This document shows, one piece after another, positions 10,277-20,374 of a stretch of 64,000 nucleotides of DNA. Each line of letters starts with the position of its first letter. The first letter of the stretch is position 1. Made by a program: the position numbers and the translations under genes. This DNA comes from Actinomycetota bacterium (GTDB lineage: Bacteria > Actinomycetota > Thermoleophilia > Gaiellales > F1-60-MAGs149), in NCBI GenBank assembly GCA_009885805.1, contig VFJZ01000006.1, positions 16,582 to 80,581 of the forward strand, in the 5' to 3' direction. The notes beneath the pieces were generated by a model. That model was not told where the DNA came from. It made no database searches and was given only the letters and a program-made list of their open reading frames with translations.

Positions 10277-12875
10277 ATGACCGCCCGCTTCTCGTTCCTG
10301 ATCGCCCTGGCCGTCGTCGCCGCACCCTCGCCGCGCCCGGCGATCTCGACCCGACCTACGGCGCCGGCGGGATCGCGACCGCGACCGCTTCCTCGGACAC
10401 GTCGTCCACGGTCGGCCTCCCGGCCGCGATCGACGTCGCCGCAGACGGCGACACGCTTGCGATCACGACAGGCACGGACGGCGACGATCTGATCGCGATC
10501 GTGACGCCGAACTCGGCGCTCGGCGCGCCCGACACGGGCTTCTCGTCCGATGGCCGCTACGAGGTCGCCGTCGGCGACGGCGACACGATCCCGATCGGCC
10601 TCGCCGAGCAGGCCGACGGGCGGATCTCCTCGGCCTCGTGACGCGTGTCGGACGTCGCGCGGCGCTGACGCTCGTTCGCCTGACCGCCGTCGGCGCGTAC
10701 GACTCGGCGTACGGCGGCGGTGATGGGATCGTGACCGTTGTCGTACCAGGGCTTCAGGCCTACGGCCTGACGCCGATATCGCCAGGCATCGGGGTCGTCG
10801 GGCCCGTGATCGGCTCGGACGGTCGGATCTCGATCGTCGGCTGTTCCGAACGGTAGCCGTCGGACGCTCCGAACGGTGGGCTTCACGCCGACGGCCCTCG
10901 CGGCGGATGGGACGGGTGTCGTCGTGGCCGGCCCGCCGAGAGACTTCGCATCGGGCGCCCAGGCCGTCCGGCTGGACGGGTCGGGTGCGCTCGATGTGAC
11001 CTTCCGGACGCTTGGCCAGCAGACGCTCACCGGCTTCGGCGGTGGCGGCCGGGCGGTGCGGCTGAGCCCTTCACTCGGCGGCCTGCTCGTCGCCGGGAGC
11101 GATGGCGCCAACTGGCTCGTCCGTCGGATGACACCTACGGGTGCCACCGATCCGGCTTTCAACGGCGGTACCACGTCGTTTCCGGTTGCGAACGCTGCGT
11201 TTCTCGATATCGGCATATCGGCATCGGCGGCGCGCCGACGCCGACGATCATCATCGGTGGCACCCTCGGCGGCAACCGCGTGCTGCGCAAACTCGATCTC
11301 GCGACCGGTGCACCCATGGCCTTCGCGGGAACGATCGAGGCGACGGGATTTGTCGCGGCGTCGGCGCTCGCTGTCGGCGGCGCGCAGGTGCTGATCGGCG
11401 GTCGACCGGCGTCCCCGTCACGCGACGGCGGTGTGGTCGCGTTCCGGACCAGCAGCGGGGTCCTGGACGGGACCTACGCGCCGGTCGTGATCGGGACGGG
11501 AACGGCGCCGATGCCCGTGGCGATCGCGACGGCCGCGACCTTCGCGCCGACCGGCGCTCTCCGGTCGGGGTCCTTCATCACGAGCCTCGGACAGGGCCTC
11601 GTGGCGCTGCGTGGGTTCGATGCCGCCGGGACGCTGGTCACGGGAGGAGACCAGGTGTTCCATCCGAGCCAGAACTCCGTCACTGGAGTCGCAGTCGACG
11701 CAACCGGGCGGCTCCTGGTCGGCGGTAGGACGACATCGCCCGTCGGCGTGTTCGTCGCTCGGGCCCTGCCTGACGGCACGCCGGACCCGGCCCTGACGCC
11801 GGTCTCCATCGCGACGCCGGCGTTCGCCCAGGTCACGGCGATCCTGCCTGGCGCTGATGGGTTCATCGTCGCCGTCGGCGGCGCGCTGGGCGGAAACGTC
11901 CTCTGTCGGCTCCTCCGCTACGGCAACGCCGGAGCGCCCGATCCCGGGTTCGGGCTGGGTGGCTCGGTCGACCTCGACGTCGTCTGCGGCGCCGTCCGGC
12001 GCGTGGGATCGGGGTTCGTCGTCGCCTCCGCGCGCCAGACCGGTCCGGACGTTGTCATGGAGATCCGCCGCTACGACGTCGCGGGCGATCCGGTCGCGGC
12101 GTTCTCGGGAGACGGCCTCATGACCGTTCCGCTCGGGCAGGACGGCTCGCAGGTCCACGCGGTGGTCGAGCGTCCTGGCGATCGGCTCGCGGCCCTGGTC
12201 GGCCGCGTTCCGGTCAGCGGTGGCGGTCGGTCGATCGTCGCTGCGGCGATCCGAGCCGACGGCACGCTCGACCCCGCGTTCGGGGCGGGCGGGCTCGCCG
12301 CCGTCGGCGACGCGCCGCCCGGCGTGTTCCCGGCCGGACGCCTGGCGGCGTCGTCTGATGGGCGTCTGGTCGTCGGCCTGACGACGGGCGGTGGAGGCGA
12401 TGACGAGCTCGAGTTGTTCCGGCTGTCGGCGGCCGGAACGGTCCAGCCGCTCGCGACGGGTGCAAGAGCGATCGTGCTTGGCCAGAACGCGTTGATCCAG
12501 GCGATCGAGGTCCTCGGCGACGGTCGGATCATGGTGGCGGCGAACGGCGACCGTCGGCTCCGCGGCCTTCGTGTGCTGTCCGACCGGCCCGGGGTCGTAG
12601 CGCGCCGGTTCGATCGCCGCTGGCGGAAGTCGGTTCGCGTCGCCGGGCGCGTGTCGCCGCTCGGTGGCCGGACGACCTGGTGGGTCGAGTACGGCCGCAC
12701 GAAGAAGTACGGCAAGCGGACGAAGAAGCTCGTGATCGGCCCGGCGAGCGCCAGGACGGTACGGGTGCTGCTCCGCACCCTGCGCCCCGGGACGCGGTAC
12801 CACTACCGCTTCGTTGCCGAGAACGGTTCCGGCCGAATCGTCGGCCGCGACCGGGTGGTGCGCACGCGGCGGTAG
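10277..12875 (+). pseudogene. Delta-60/DUF5122-type repeat protein, copy 4 (closest to copy 2), several frameshifts
   Basis: Homology to copy 2 switches frame near 10330, 10630 and 11230, with an apparent internal deletion near 10850; intact 3' part 11280-12875. Confidence 0.82.
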
Positions 12876-12890
12876 GACGGGCCGGTCGCG

Positions 12891-12896
12891 TATACT
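12891..12896 (+). promoter_or_regulatory. -10 element (TATACT) of tRNA-Asp
   Basis: TATACT 10 nt upstream of the tRNA 5' end. Confidence 0.6.
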
Positions 12897-12906
12897 GGGG
12901 CTACGC

Positions 12907-12980
<74 letters not shown>

Positions 12981-13066
12981 CCTCGCGGATAGAGGGCTCG
13001 CGTCGGTCTCGAAGGCGTGGCCCATCTTCGTCCCGGAGTTTGCGAACCAAGCCGGGGCTAGCTCGG

Positions 13067-13360
13067 TCACTCGTCGCTCGAGGATTGAGGGACTCGCAGT
13101 ACGACGTTACCCGCCTTCTGGCCGGTCTCGACGTAGCGGTTCGCCTCGACGGCGTCGCCGAGCGGATAGGTGCGGTCGATCACGGGCCGGTACGCGCCGG
13201 TGTCGACGAGCTCAGAGATGTGCTGGAGATCGTCGCCGTGATAGCGGCCGATACCGAGCCTCGCGCGTCGGCTCCCGACGAAGTGCGTGACGAGCGCGAT
13301 TAGCGGCACGTGGTACATGAACCCGAGACCGGCCGTGATGTAGATTCCGTCGGGCTTCAG
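13067..13360 (-). pseudogene. C-terminal fragment of an MDR-family (zinc-binding ADH-like/quinone) oxidoreductase
   Basis: LKPDGIYI...ELVDTGAYRPVIDRTYPLGDAVEANRYVETGQKAGNVVL; no N-terminus. Confidence 0.75.
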
Positions 13361-13379
13361 AGAACGGCGGCAGCGTCGG

Positions 13380-13851
13380 AACGGCGTTGCGCTGCTCGGT
13401 CTCGTGCAAGAGCCGCTGCGTCTCGTCGAGCAGCCTCGCGTTCTCGAGCGCCGGCCCGAGCGTGGCGGCGAGCGCCTCGACGAGCCGCACGTCGGCCTCG
13501 TCGAACGCCTGCGGCTCCCCGGCCTCGGCGGCGATCGCACCGCGCCCCTGCCCGCCCCAGCGGATCGGAACCGAGAGGTACGACTGGCTGGCGTCGATCC
13601 GCGTACCGGGGATCTGCACGATCCCGAGCGCTTCGATCTCGGCCTGCGAGCTCGCGACGACGGTACGGCCCTCCGCCAGGAACGGGTCGAGCCCGGGGGG
13701 GCGACCGGAACGGGTCGGGGTGGCCCCGGACGCCCCCTTCGTACAGGTAGAGGATGTGAATGAGGCCGGGCGCCTCGTCGAGCCAGTCGATCGACACGTC
13801 ACCGCGCCCGAGGAGCTCGCGGACGGTGTCGCCGGCGACCTCGACGCGCAC
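13380..13851 (-). pseudogene. Frameshifted GAF-domain fragment of a sensor protein
   Basis: SYLSVPIRWGG...AFDEADVRLVEALAATLGPALENARLLDETQRLLHETEQRNA; upstream part in another frame. Confidence 0.75.
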
Positions 13852-14066
13852 CGGTCACTTGGGCCATGCCCCCTGTTGCCGGCGCCCTGGAGATGTCGAC
13901 CGGTTCCACGCCGCGCGGGGGGGGGCGGCCCGGTATAGTCGCACGATGGAGATCGCGAGTTTCGCGGGCAGGCGCCGGCGTTTCGTGCTCGGGTGTACGC
14001 CTCCTCCGGTGCGGTCGCGCCCGCCGGCGCCGCCGATCGCTCCCGTCGATCAGCGGGGGTCACGCG

Positions 14067-15578
14067 ATGCGGGAGACTGACACGCTGGTGATCGGCGGCG
14101 GCGCGGCGGGCTGCGCCCTCGCCGGCCTCCTCGCCGAACGCTCGAACGAGCGGGTGCTCGTGGTCGAGGCGGGTCCCGACTACGGGCCGCTCGCCGCCGG
14201 CCGCTGGCCGGCGGAGCTGCTCGACGCATCGCAGACCCCGCCGTTCACGCACGAGTGGGGCTACGACAGCGGCGACCAGTTCCCCGACCGGGTGCTCACG
14301 TTCGACCGGGCGCGCGTCATCGGCGGCTGCGGCGCCCACAACGGCTGCCAGGCGATCATCGGCCACCGCGACGACTACGACGCCTGGGCGGCGGCCGGCA
14401 ACCCGGGCTGGAGCACCGCCGACCTCGAGCCGCACATCGCCAGCCTGAAGGCCCGGCTCCGGGTGCGGCTCTACGACGACGACGAGATCACCCCGATCCA
14501 CCGGCTGAACATCGAGGCGCTGACCGCGTGCGACGTGCCGCGCGTTGTCGACCTGAACGACCTCGACCAGGACCTCGGCGTCGCGCCGAACCCCGTCAAC
14601 ATCGTCGATGGGATCCGCTTCAACGCCGCGTTCGCCTACCTCGACCCGGTTCGCGATCGCCCGAACCTGACGATCGTCGGCGATGCGCTGTGCGACCGGC
14701 TGGTCGTCGAGGGCGGACGCGTCGTCGGCGCGGTGTTCGTGATCGACGGGCGACCGGAGACGATCCGGGCCGCGCGGGTGGTCCTCGCCGCCGGCGTCTA
14801 CGGCTCGCCGGCGATCCTCCTGCGGTCCGGGATCGGCGACCCGGCAGCGCTCGGACGGCTCGGCATCGCCGTGCAGCACGCCCTCCCCGGCGTGGGGTCG
14901 AACCTGCACGACCACCCGGGTGCCGATCTCCACTTCGCCGGCACCGAGGAGCTCGTCGCGCGGTCGCGCGCGTTCGAGGCGGCGCGCTTCCACCCGGAGG
15001 AGCAGGTGATCGCGAAGCTGCGGACGAGCGGCTGCAGCTCCGCCTTCGACCTCCACGTCTACCCGGTCGGCGGCGCCGACCACGCCGACCCGGACCGCTT
15101 CACCTGGGTCTACATGGTCGGCCTGCTGACGTCCAACGCGCGCGGCTCGCTCACGCTCCGCTCGGCCGATCCGACCGCGGCGCCGATCCTCGACCACGCC
15201 CTCCTCCGCGACGAGACGGGCTCCGATCTGGCACGGCTGACCGAGGGCTTCGAGATGCTCGAGCAGGTGCTCGCGTACCCGGAGCTCGCCCGCCTGCTCG
15301 GCTCCGAGACGTTCCCCGGGCCGGCGCTGCGGGCGGCGTACTCGACACGGGAGATCGTCGCGCGCAGCGTCACGCACTGCTACCACCCCGTCGGCACCTG
15401 CAAGATGGGGCCGGCCTCCGACCCGACAGCGGTCGTCGACGCCACCGGGCGCCTCCACGGCCTCGATGGCTGCTTCGTCGCGGACGCCTCGATCATGCCG
15501 ACGGTCCCGCGCGGGAACACCCACCTGCCGGCGGTCCTCGTCGGCGAGCGCGTCGCCGCCTTCCTCGCCCCGGTGTGA
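14067..15578 (+). CDS. GMC oxidoreductase (choline dehydrogenase/oxidase family)
   Basis: VIGGGAAG, RARVIGGCGAHN, GVGSNLHDH, YHPVGTCKMG, VADASIMP, GNTH. Confidence 0.9.
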   Translation: MRETDTLVIGGGAAGCALAGLLAERSNERVLVVEAGPDYGPLAAGRWPAELLDASQTPPFTHEWGYDSGDQFPDRVLTFDRARVIGGCGAHNGCQAIIGHRDDYDAWAAAGNPGWSTADLEPHIASLKARLRVRLYDDDEITPIHRLNIEALTACDVPRVVDLNDLDQDLGVAPNPVNIVDGIRFNAAFAYLDPVRDRPNLTIVGDALCDRLVVEGGRVVGAVFVIDGRPETIRAARVVLAAGVYGSPAILLRSGIGDPAALGRLGIAVQHALPGVGSNLHDHPGADLHFAGTEELVARSRAFEAARFHPEEQVIAKLRTSGCSSAFDLHVYPVGGADHADPDRFTWVYMVGLLTSNARGSLTLRSADPTAAPILDHALLRDETGSDLARLTEGFEMLEQVLAYPELARLLGSETFPGPALRAAYSTREIVARSVTHCYHPVGTCKMGPASDPTAVVDATGRLHGLDGCFVADASIMPTVPRGNTHLPAVLVGERVAAFLAPV

Positions 15579-15611
15579 CGCCGTTGGCGAAGGCTGCCGC
15601 GACCGTCCACG

Positions 15612-16037
15612 ATGGCGCCGATACCCGCAGCCCCGCTTCCGCCCGAGCTCGCCAACTACCTCGCCGCGCCGAGGTTCGCCGTCGTCGCGACGCTGCGCTA
15701 CGGCGGCGCTCCCGTGACGGTGGCGACGTGGTACGGGCTCGAGGGTGACCGGCTGCTGCTCTCGATGGACGAGACCCGTGTCCGGCTCGCGCACCTGCGT
15801 CGCGACCCGCACGTCGCGCTCACGGTGCTCGACGACGAGTGGTCGCGGCACCTGTCGCTGCTCGGCACCGTCGAGACCCTCCGCGAGGATCGCGGCCTCG
15901 CCGACATCGACGCCATCACGCGGCGCCACACGGGAGAGCCGTGGCCCGACCGGGGCGACCGGCGCTTGACCGCCGTCGTGCGCGTCGGCCGGTGGCCCAC
16001 GTGGGGCGGGCCCGTCGAGATGAGCGGCGACGGCTGA
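15612..16037 (+). CDS. PPOX-class putative F420-dependent oxidoreductase
   Basis: AVVATLRxxGAP...WY...RLAHLRRDPHVALTV split-barrel pattern. Confidence 0.8.
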   Translation: MAPIPAAPLPPELANYLAAPRFAVVATLRYGGAPVTVATWYGLEGDRLLLSMDETRVRLAHLRRDPHVALTVLDDEWSRHLSLLGTVETLREDRGLADIDAITRRHTGEPWPDRGDRRLTAVVRVGRWPTWGGPVEMSGDG

Positions 16038-16094
16038 CCGGACAGCGCCGACCTCGGGCCGCGAGGGAAGGCCGGGCGCCGGGAGCGGCGTCAG

Positions 16095-16712
16095 CTACCC
16101 GAGGTGCGGCATCACGCGGTCGTGGATCAGCTGGAGCTGGTCCTTCATGTGCGGCACGCCGTCGTAGTCGCTTTTGCGTCCGAGCCAGTGGCCGACGAGC
16201 GTGGGGTCGCAGAGCGAGAGGATCACGTGGTTCATCCCGGTCGGCACGACGTTCGTACGGATCTGCTCGACGACGTCCTCCGGCGTGCCGGAGAACGACA
16301 GCTTCTCGACGAGGTCGCGTCGTGAGCTCGATCGCGCGCTCGACGTCACCGCTCGCGAAAGCGTCGAAGATCGGCCGGGTCTGCTCGACCGGCATCGCCG
16401 GGATGTAGAAGGCGACGAGCACGCGCACGCACTCGCGAGCGGCGCCGATGCGCACGTGGTCGGCGGCGTACTCGATCGCCTCGCGGGAGTACGCGAGCGC
16501 CTGGTGCATGCCGTCCGTCACCTCGCCGGCGAACTTGAACGACTTCGGGCCTCGCATCGCGCCGATCTTGATCGGCATCCGCTCCTGCACCGGCCGGGCG
16601 GAGGTGAACATGCCGGTGCAGGTGTAGAACTCGCCCTCGTGGTCGAGCACGCCCTCGTCGAGGAACGTGCGCATCATCGTGTACGCCTCCCGCATCCGCG
16701 TGAGCGGCCGGC
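16095..16712 (-). pseudogene. Luciferase-like monooxygenase (LLM class), 5'-truncated and frameshifted
   Basis: RPLTRMREA...PIKIGAMRGPKS...GEVTDG; C-terminus FSGTPEDVVEQI in another frame. Confidence 0.75.
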
Positions 16713-16724
16713 GCGCGGCGTCCT

Positions 16725-16910
16725 GGAGCGTAGCGGCTGGTGGTGGTAGGCGGCGGTGAGGGCGTCGCGGAGCCAGGCGCGGACGTCGTGGTGTTGCTGG
16801 CGGAGGGTCTGGATGACGCTTTGGAGTGTCTCGTAGACGTTGCTGCCGTGGTCGGTTTGGGTGCCGTAGCTGGTCTTGCGGTGGATCACGATCGGCCGCA
16901 GCGCCCGATC
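16725..16910 (-). mobile_element. IS66-family transposase C-terminal remnant
   Basis: RALRPIVIHRKTSYGTQTDHG...SVIQTLRQQ...WLRDAL resembles the IS66 TnpC end; no terminal IRs seen. Confidence 0.7.
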
Positions 16911-17024
16911 TCGGCATAATCCAGACCTCGGGATAATTCGTCGGCTCGACGGCCCTGGCGCACCCAATTCCTCGCCGCAATCGAACGCCTCCGAGCGCTA
17001 TCCAGCCTCACGTAACTCCGGATT

Positions 17025-17110
17025 GAGGTGTCTGCATCGGGTATCTCCGCGCGAAGCTCGGCGGCGATGTCATCGAGACGGTGCGCGGCGTCGGCTACCG
17101 GTTGCGACGG
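17025..17110 (+). pseudogene. OmpR-family response regulator C-terminal fragment
   Basis: Manual translation YLRAKLGGDVIETVRGVGYRL. Confidence 0.7.
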
Positions 17111-17159
17111 TGACGCGCGTCGCCCCGCGGCTCCGGCTCGCACTCGGGTCCACGGTGGC

Positions 17160-17346
17160 GCTCGCCGTCGTCCTCGACGCCGACGTCAGGTTCCGCAGCG
17201 CCGCCGACCGCCGGGCGTTCACCGAGGAGTTGGTCGACGCCGTTCTGTCAATCGTGCAGCGATACCACACCGCCGATGGTCCGGGTCGGTCGTTCCGGCT
17301 GATCGTGGGCGCCCATCCGTCTCCACCGAAGAGGGAGCGATCATGA
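17160..17346 (+). pseudogene. C-terminal fragment of an ArsR-like HTH regulator
   Basis: LDADVRFRSAADRRAFTEEL...RYH...RLIVGAHP; ATGA overlap with the next SRPBCC gene. Confidence 0.6.
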
Positions 17347-18097
17347 CCGACGAGCCAACCGCTGCCCCGGGGACCCGCTCGATCCGTCTCGAGGTCCACG
17401 TCGATGCGACGGTCGAGGAGGTGTGGGCGGCGCCATCACGCAGAACTACGGACCGGGCATGGAGATCGAGGGCGAGGTGAGGGCGTTCGAGCCCGGCCGA
17501 CGGTTCGTCTTCGCCGCAGCCGGCGGCGGCCCCGGTCTGGCCTTCGAGTTCCTCGTCGAGGCGGCCACGGGTGGCGGGACGATCGTCCGCCTGATCAACA
17601 GCGGCTTCCTCAGCGACGGCGAGTGGGACGGCGAGTGGGACGGCGAGTACGACTCCATGACCGAGGGCTGGAAGGCATTCCTCGTCGTCCTGAAGACCTA
17701 CCTCGAACGATCCGCCGGGCTTCCGGCGGAGTCGGTTCAGACTGGCGGCCACACGGCCGATCCCGTCGCGGCGTGGCGCCTCCTGCTCGGCCCGGAAGGT
17801 CTCGGCGCCGGCGACGCGGCGGACATCACACCCGCCGAACGCCTCTCACTCGCGCCGGCGTCAGGGCCACCGCTCGCGGGTGTCGTCGAGCACTTCACGG
17901 GCGGGCCCGACCGGCCCGGCATCCTCGTGCTCCGCCTCGAGGGCGACCTCGCTCCCGCCACGCTCCTCGCCGCGGTCGAGGGTCCGTCGGTCAGCGTCTG
18001 GTTCTGCCTGTACGGCGACGCGGCGGGACGAGCCCACGATCTGCGCGAGGCCTGGGGCGCGTGGATGGCGGACCACCTGCCACCGCCGGCGCCGTGA
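17343..18097 (+). pseudogene. SRPBCC/AHA1-domain protein with a frameshift or deletion near 17430
   Basis: MTDEP...RSIRLEVHVDATVEEVWAA, then a new frame ...FLVEAATGGGTIVRLINSGF...GWKAFL. Confidence 0.7.
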
Positions 18098-18100
18098 GAC

Positions 18101-18790
18101 TCAGGCGGCTGGCCGCACGTAGAGCCCGGCGGCGGCCTTCTCCGAGATGCCGCGCGCGTCGCCATCGAGGAGCACCTTGAACTCACCCGCGGAGGGGTGG
18201 CGGGCCTCCATCACGACCTGGATTCCAGGCGCAAACCCCTCGTCGTAGAACCAGTGCAGGAGATCGCCATCGTGCTCGGCGAGGCGGACGATCTCGGCGG
18301 AGCCGCCCGTGGGCAGATCGGCGAGGGACACGAGGCCGACGTTCTCGGCGTGCTCGTCCTCGGGCTCGACCGGCCAGCCGTGCGGGCACCGGTGCGGCTT
18401 GCCGAGACGCAGGTTGATCCGCTCGATCATCTCGTCGGTGAACGTGTCGCCCATCAGATCGGCCTGGACGTGCGCCTCGGACGGCGTGTAGCCCATGAAG
18501 TCGGTCAGGAAGCACTCGATGATGCGGTGCTTGCGCACGACCCGCTCGGCCCGCTCGATGCCGGCGACGGTCAGGATCGCCTCCTTCGCCTCCCCGCGTT
18601 CGACCAGGCCCTCGGTCTCCAGCCGTCGCAGCATCTCACCGGCCGAGGCACGCGACACCCCGAGCATCTCGGCGACGCGCGAGGCGATCGCGTTCGCGCC
18701 CGTCGCGGGGCGGTACTCGCCGATCGGGAAGGCGAGGAAGTAGATCGTCTCCAGGTACTCGTCGATCGAGTGTCCGTGTCCCTGCGCCAC
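18101..18790 (-). CDS. DtxR/IdeR/MntR-family metal-dependent regulator with C-terminal FeoA domain
   Basis: DEYLETIY, VRKHRIIE, PHRCPHGWP, FeoA-like tail. Confidence 0.9.
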   Translation of the reverse strand: MAQGHGHSIDEYLETIYFLAFPIGEYRPATGANAIASRVAEMLGVSRASAGEMLRRLETEGLVERGEAKEAILTVAGIERAERVVRKHRIIECFLTDFMGYTPSEAHVQADLMGDTFTDEMIERINLRLGKPHRCPHGWPVEPEDEHAENVGLVSLADLPTGGSAEIVRLAEHDGDLLHWFYDEGFAPGIQVVMEARHPSAGEFKVLLDGDARGISEKAAAGLYVRPAA

Positions 18791-18799
18791 AGGAGGAGT

Positions 18800-20374
18800 C
18801 TACCCCTCTGGCGAGCTCGTCAGCCGGGCGTCGCGCGCGACGAGCCACAGCACCGGAGCGGAGAGGCCGATCAGGAGCAGCGCTGGCACCGAGGCGCGGG
18901 AGTACGCCGCCACCTGGGTCTGCTTCCAGATCTCCGTCGCGAGCGTGTCGAACCCGATCGGCCGCAGGAGGAGTGTCGCTGGCAACTCCTTCATCGCGCT
19001 CAGAAAGACGAGCGCGCCGCCGGCGACGAGCCCCGGCCGGGCGAGGGGGACCGTCACCCGCCGGAGCGTCTCGAACCCGCTCCGGCCGAGACCGCGCGAT
19101 GCCTCCTCGAGTCGCGGATCGACCTGCGCGATCGCCGACTCGGCGCCCGCAAGTGCCTGTGGCAGGAACCGGACGACGTAGGCGAACACGAGCACCGCGA
19201 GCGTCTGGTACAACGCCGGCAGATAGTTGGCGGCGAAGAACACGAGCGACAGCGCGATCGCGATGCCCGGCAGCGCGTTCCCCAGGTAGGCCGTGCGCTG
19301 GAGGACGGCCGCCGGCCGCGAGGGATACCGGTTCGCGAGGAACGCGATCGGTAGTGCGGCGAGGACGGCGACCACGGCGGCGAGGCCGGAGGCGGTGAGC
19401 GAGTCGGCGGCCTCCGACCAGGGAATCGCGATCGTGCGGTCGTTCAAGACACCGCGAACGAGCCACACGACGAGCGCCGCGAGCGGCATCACGCAGAATG
19501 CGCCCGCCACCGTCGCACACCACGCGATCGCCGGGATGCGCCACCGTCCGAGGGGGATGACGGGCGCCTGGCGCTGTACTCCCGGGCCCGAGCGGCTCAG
19601 CCGGCCGCGGCCGCGCAGCCGCTGCTCGGCGACGACGGCGATCACTGTCAACCCGACGAGGACGAGACCGAGGACGGCGGCCGGCGTCCGGTCGAACAGC
19701 GATCGGTACTGGAGGAAGATCGCCTGCGTCAGCGTGTCGTACCGCATCAGCGAGACGACGCCGAAGTCCGACAGGACGTAGAGCGCGACGAGCAGCGAGC
19801 CGAGCCCCGCGGCCGGCCGGATCGCCGGGAAGGTCACGCGCAGGAACCGGCGGTACGGGCCGACGCCGAGGCCCCGTGCCGCCTCCGCGAGCGACGGGTC
19901 GATCCCGCGAAACGCCGCGGCGGTCAGCAGATACACGTACGGGTGCGTGGACAGCGTCAGCGCGATCAGTGCGCCGGTGTAGCCGGTGATGTCGGGCAGG
20001 CGGTCCGTGCCGAGCGCGTCGGCGAGGATGCCGCGCTCTCCGGCCATGCCGAGCAGCGCGAGGGCCGCGACGTAACTCGGGATCACGAGCGGCAGGCCGG
20101 CGGCCGCCCCCCAGATCCGCCGTCCGGGCAGGTCGGTGCGCGTGACGAGGAACGCCGTCGGGACCGCCACGGCGAGCGACGCGAGCACCACCCCGAGCGC
20201 GAGGAGGACGGTGTTCGCAACGAGCCGCCACGTTCGCGCCTCCGTGACGATGTCGACGAACCGGTCGTCGGCGGCGCGGAGGACGAGGTAGACGATCGGC
20301 AGTAGCGCGAGCGCGACGACGACGGCGGCCGCCGCGGCGAGTGCGACCGGCGGGCGGCGAGCGCGCGCGCTCAC
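18800..20374 (-). CDS. fbpB: Fe3+ ABC transporter permease
   Basis: Two EAA motifs (EAARGLG, EEASRGLG), MKELPATLLLRP; GTGA overlap with the binding-protein gene. Confidence 0.9.
   Translation of the reverse strand: MSARARRPPVALAAAAAVVVALALLPIVYLVLRAADDRFVDIVTEARTWRLVANTVLLALGVVLASLAVAVPTAFLVTRTDLPGRRIWGAAAGLPLVIPSYVAALALLGMAGERGILADALGTDRLPDITGYTGALIALTLSTHPYVYLLTAAAFRGIDPSLAEAARGLGVGPYRRFLRVTFPAIRPAAGLGSLLVALYVLSDFGVVSLMRYDTLTQAIFLQYRSLFDRTPAAVLGLVLVGLTVIAVVAEQRLRGRGRLSRSGPGVQRQAPVIPLGRWRIPAIAWCATVAGAFCVMPLAALVVWLVRGVLNDRTIAIPWSEAADSLTASGLAAVVAVLAALPIAFLANRYPSRPAAVLQRTAYLGNALPGIAIALSLVFFAANYLPALYQTLAVLVFAYVVRFLPQALAGAESAIAQVDPRLEEASRGLGRSGFETLRRVTVPLARPGLVAGGALVFLSAMKELPATLLLRPIGFDTLATEIWKQTQVAAYSRASVPALLLIGLSAPVLWLVARDARLTSSPEG

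Noticed and set aside
4545-12875. Tail repeats as a diversity-generating retroelement TR/VR pair or a CRISPR array
   Set aside because: No reverse transcriptase or cas genes; differences are not adenine-specific; repeats are coding and kilobases apart
16725-16910. Active IS66 element
   Set aside because: Only about 60 codons; no tnpA/tnpB, terminal IRs or target duplication seen
17618-17649. Tandem GACGGCGAGTGG repeat (DGEW DGEW DGEY)
   Set aside because: Short in-frame duplication in a damaged gene, too small to imply a system
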